Source: Oscillospiraceae bacterium
GTDB taxonomy: Bacteria; Bacillota; Clostridia; Oscillospirales; Ruminococcaceae
Assembly: GCA_017847995.1 (NCBI GenBank)
Contig: JAGAPB010000024.1
Coordinates: 1 to 56,371, forward strand
Length of the DNA stretch: 56,371 nt
Reading direction: 5' to 3'
Below are positions 54,705-56,371 of this stretch, in pieces (within the stretch, counting starts at the first letter, position 1; every line of letters begins with the position of its first letter). A program made the translations under genes and the position numbers. The notes beneath the pieces were generated by a model that was given only the letters and a program-made list of their open reading frames with translations, made no database searches and had not been told where the DNA came from.

Positions 54705-54812
54705 AATAAGCCGAATTTTTCAAGAATAGGGAATTTTTGGCGCAAAAACGGCCCCCAAGCGCACCGAAGCGCTAAAAAAATAAAAAATTTTTTAGAAAGA
54801 AGGAAAAAGTAA

Positions 54813-56371
54813 ATGAAAAAGATCATTGCTCTGGCTCTGGCACTGATCATGGTACTGAGCATGGGTACTGTAGCATTTGCTGCTACTAATGTAACTGACG
54901 AAGCTTCTTTGAGTTCTGCACTCGAAAGTGGCGGAGAAATTATTTTTGAAAACGACATTACTGTAGCAGGTAAAGTAACCTTTAAGGAAAACGCTATTAT
55001 TGACCTTAATGGTAAAACTTTGTACTTGGCTGTAGGGGATAATAATGTCGCAGTCGGAAAAGAAGTTACAATTAAAAACGGCACTATTAACATCAGTAAT
55101 GTTAACGCTTCGGGAAATGCAATTATTGGCGTTGGCCACTATAATAGCACTGCAACTCTTAATCTGGATAACGTTACATTAACTGGCGATGGATATAGTT
55201 CTGCTTATGCAGTAATTTATGTTTATTTTGATAGCACATTGAACGTAAAGAATTCTACCTTCAATCTTAAAAACGAAAAAAGTGCGGCTGGTGGTGTTAT
55301 TAAGGGGGATTCCGGAAAAGACATCTCTAACATTAATATCATCAATTCAGATATGAATTTGGAAAATGTTGTTCGCGGTTTTGTTGACGGCACTTACAAA
55401 ATCGAAAATTCTGAAGTTACTATTTCTGGTGAAAACACAGCAAGCACTCTTGATAATGGTATCAATGGCAGCATCAATTTGACCATCGATAACTCGGTTG
55501 TTGATATTTCAGGTGCTGCTGGCCGTTCGTTGACAGTTAGCGGTGGCAAAGTTGAAATCATCAATAGTTCCGAAGTTAATCTTGGTGAAGGCGGAGAGGC
55601 AAGTCTTCGATTCAAACAAGATAGTGAAATTTATATTGACGAAACCTCAAACTTTAAGTCTGAGAAGGTTGTTCTCGATTCCGCTGTAACAAAAGAATTG
55701 AATGAAATGGTGGAATCTGATAATCCCGATACTGTTATTTCTACTAATGGGGTAGAGAGCATTGCGTTTGGAGCTTCTTCGACTAATCCTGGTGAAACCT
55801 ATGTTGTGAAAACTGGAATCGATCGTACTGTTTACAAAGTAAAAAGCTATGACTTCACCACCGGCACCAAGGGCTACCGTGGCGCAAGCTACATCGACGA
55901 AGTGAAAATCAACAAGGATAACGAACTGGTTATCGTTCTGAAGGAAAACTACAAGCTGGCAGAAGATAAGACTATCAAGGGCGAAATCGTTCTGCAGCGC
56001 AAGGACAACAAGAACGTTACCGAAATCATCCCCGTTGAATACACCGTATACAACGAACTGGAAGAAGTTTATGGCAGCAAGAAGGCCGACGAAGCCACCC
56101 GTGTTTACGGCGGCGATAACACCATCATTCTGATGGACGAAGACGGCGGCTACGTATACTTTGAAGAAGAAATGCTCAAGGGCACCGTAAAGATGAACAA
56201 GGAAGAAAAAACCTACTTGAACCTCATCTACGGCGTAGACACCAAGACCGAAGACACCATCGACGCCATTGAAGAACTGCTGGGCGAAGAATATCTGGAT
56301 GAAGCCATCATCGAGTACTACACCTTCGAGACCCGCGCCTTCAAGAACGAGGTGGCCTTCTCCTACGAAGC
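54813..56371 (+). CDS. Secreted repeat protein (beta-helix/adhesin-like N-terminal part), 3' end outside the window
   Basis: I translated it by hand: ATG at 54813 behind GAAAGAAGGAAAAAG, with no stop through 56371, so it is absent from the ORF track. Signal peptide MKKIIALALALIMVLSMGTVAFA. Repetitive N-x-x-(I/V)-x-N-(S/G) segments are typical of parallel beta-helix repeats. Confidence 0.8.
   Translation, partial: MKKIIALALALIMVLSMGTVAFAATNVTDEASLSSALESGGEIIFENDITVAGKVTFKENAIIDLNGKTLYLAVGDNNVAVGKEVTIKNGTINISNVNASGNAIIGVGHYNSTATLNLDNVTLTGDGYSSAYAVIYVYFDSTLNVKNSTFNLKNEKSAAGGVIKGDSGKDISNINIINSDMNLENVVRGFVDGTYKIENSEVTISGENTASTLDNGINGSINLTIDNSVVDISGAAGRSLTVSGGKVEIINSSEVNLGEGGEASLRFKQDSEIYIDETSNFKSEKVVLDSAVTKELNEMVESDNPDTVISTNGVESIAFGASSTNPGETYVVKTGIDRTVYKVKSYDFTTGTKGYRGASYIDEVKINKDNELVIVLKENYKLAEDKTIKGEIVLQRKDNKNVTEIIPVEYTVYNELEEVYGSKKADEATRVYGGDNTIILMDEDGGYVYFEEEMLKGTVKMNKEEKTYLNLIYGVDTKTEDTIDAIEELLGEEYLDEAIIEYYTFETRAFKNEVAFSYE

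Noticed and set aside
1-56371. rRNA, tRNA and CRISPR arrays.
   Set aside because: I saw no tRNA-like T-arm/acceptor patterns, no rRNA-like stretches and no regularly spaced short repeats anywhere in the window.

Overview
This is a 56.4-kb window from a high-GC Firmicute with strongly C-ending codon usage (Pro CCC, Gly GGC, Arg CGC). That style looks Oscillospiraceae/Faecalibacterium-like, but the taxon is inference only. The window has two parts. (1) 449-18839 is an ~18.4-kb accessory island at the 3' end of a GGGtGRT-family gene. It is bounded by a 98-bp imperfect direct repeat of that gene end (351-448 vs 18840-18937). The island carries an AT-rich AAA+/DUF4143 ATPase, a 7TMR-DISM-type histidine kinase with an OmpR-type regulator, and a partner-switching set with no sigma factor (membrane SpoIIE/PP2C phosphatase, STAS protein, RsbW-like kinase). 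It also has three further degenerate RsbW-like domains, two of them fused to transporters (a DAACS symporter and an amino-acid ABC ATPase). The rest of the island is a fused binding-protein/permease, an MTAN/PNP-like protein, a small unknown protein and CstA. I recognise no recombinase in it. (2) 18.9-54 kb looks like core genome: xth, a CofE-like gene, a sugar ABC operon with an M42 peptidase and an FGGY kinase, aspS-hisS, and a sigma/anti-sigma pair in which the sigma gene has an in-frame TAA. It continues with a complete argG-H-C-J-B-D-F operon, rodA/ftsW, fhs, tsaE-tsaB, rpiB and upp. The window ends with a hairpin-rich repeat-like spacer, an XRE regulator and the 5' part of a compositionally mosaic secreted repeat protein; that ORF is open at the window edge and absent from the ORF track. 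I recognised no rRNA, tRNA, CRISPR array or transposase. Many long ORFs in the track are antisense shadows of real genes and were rejected.
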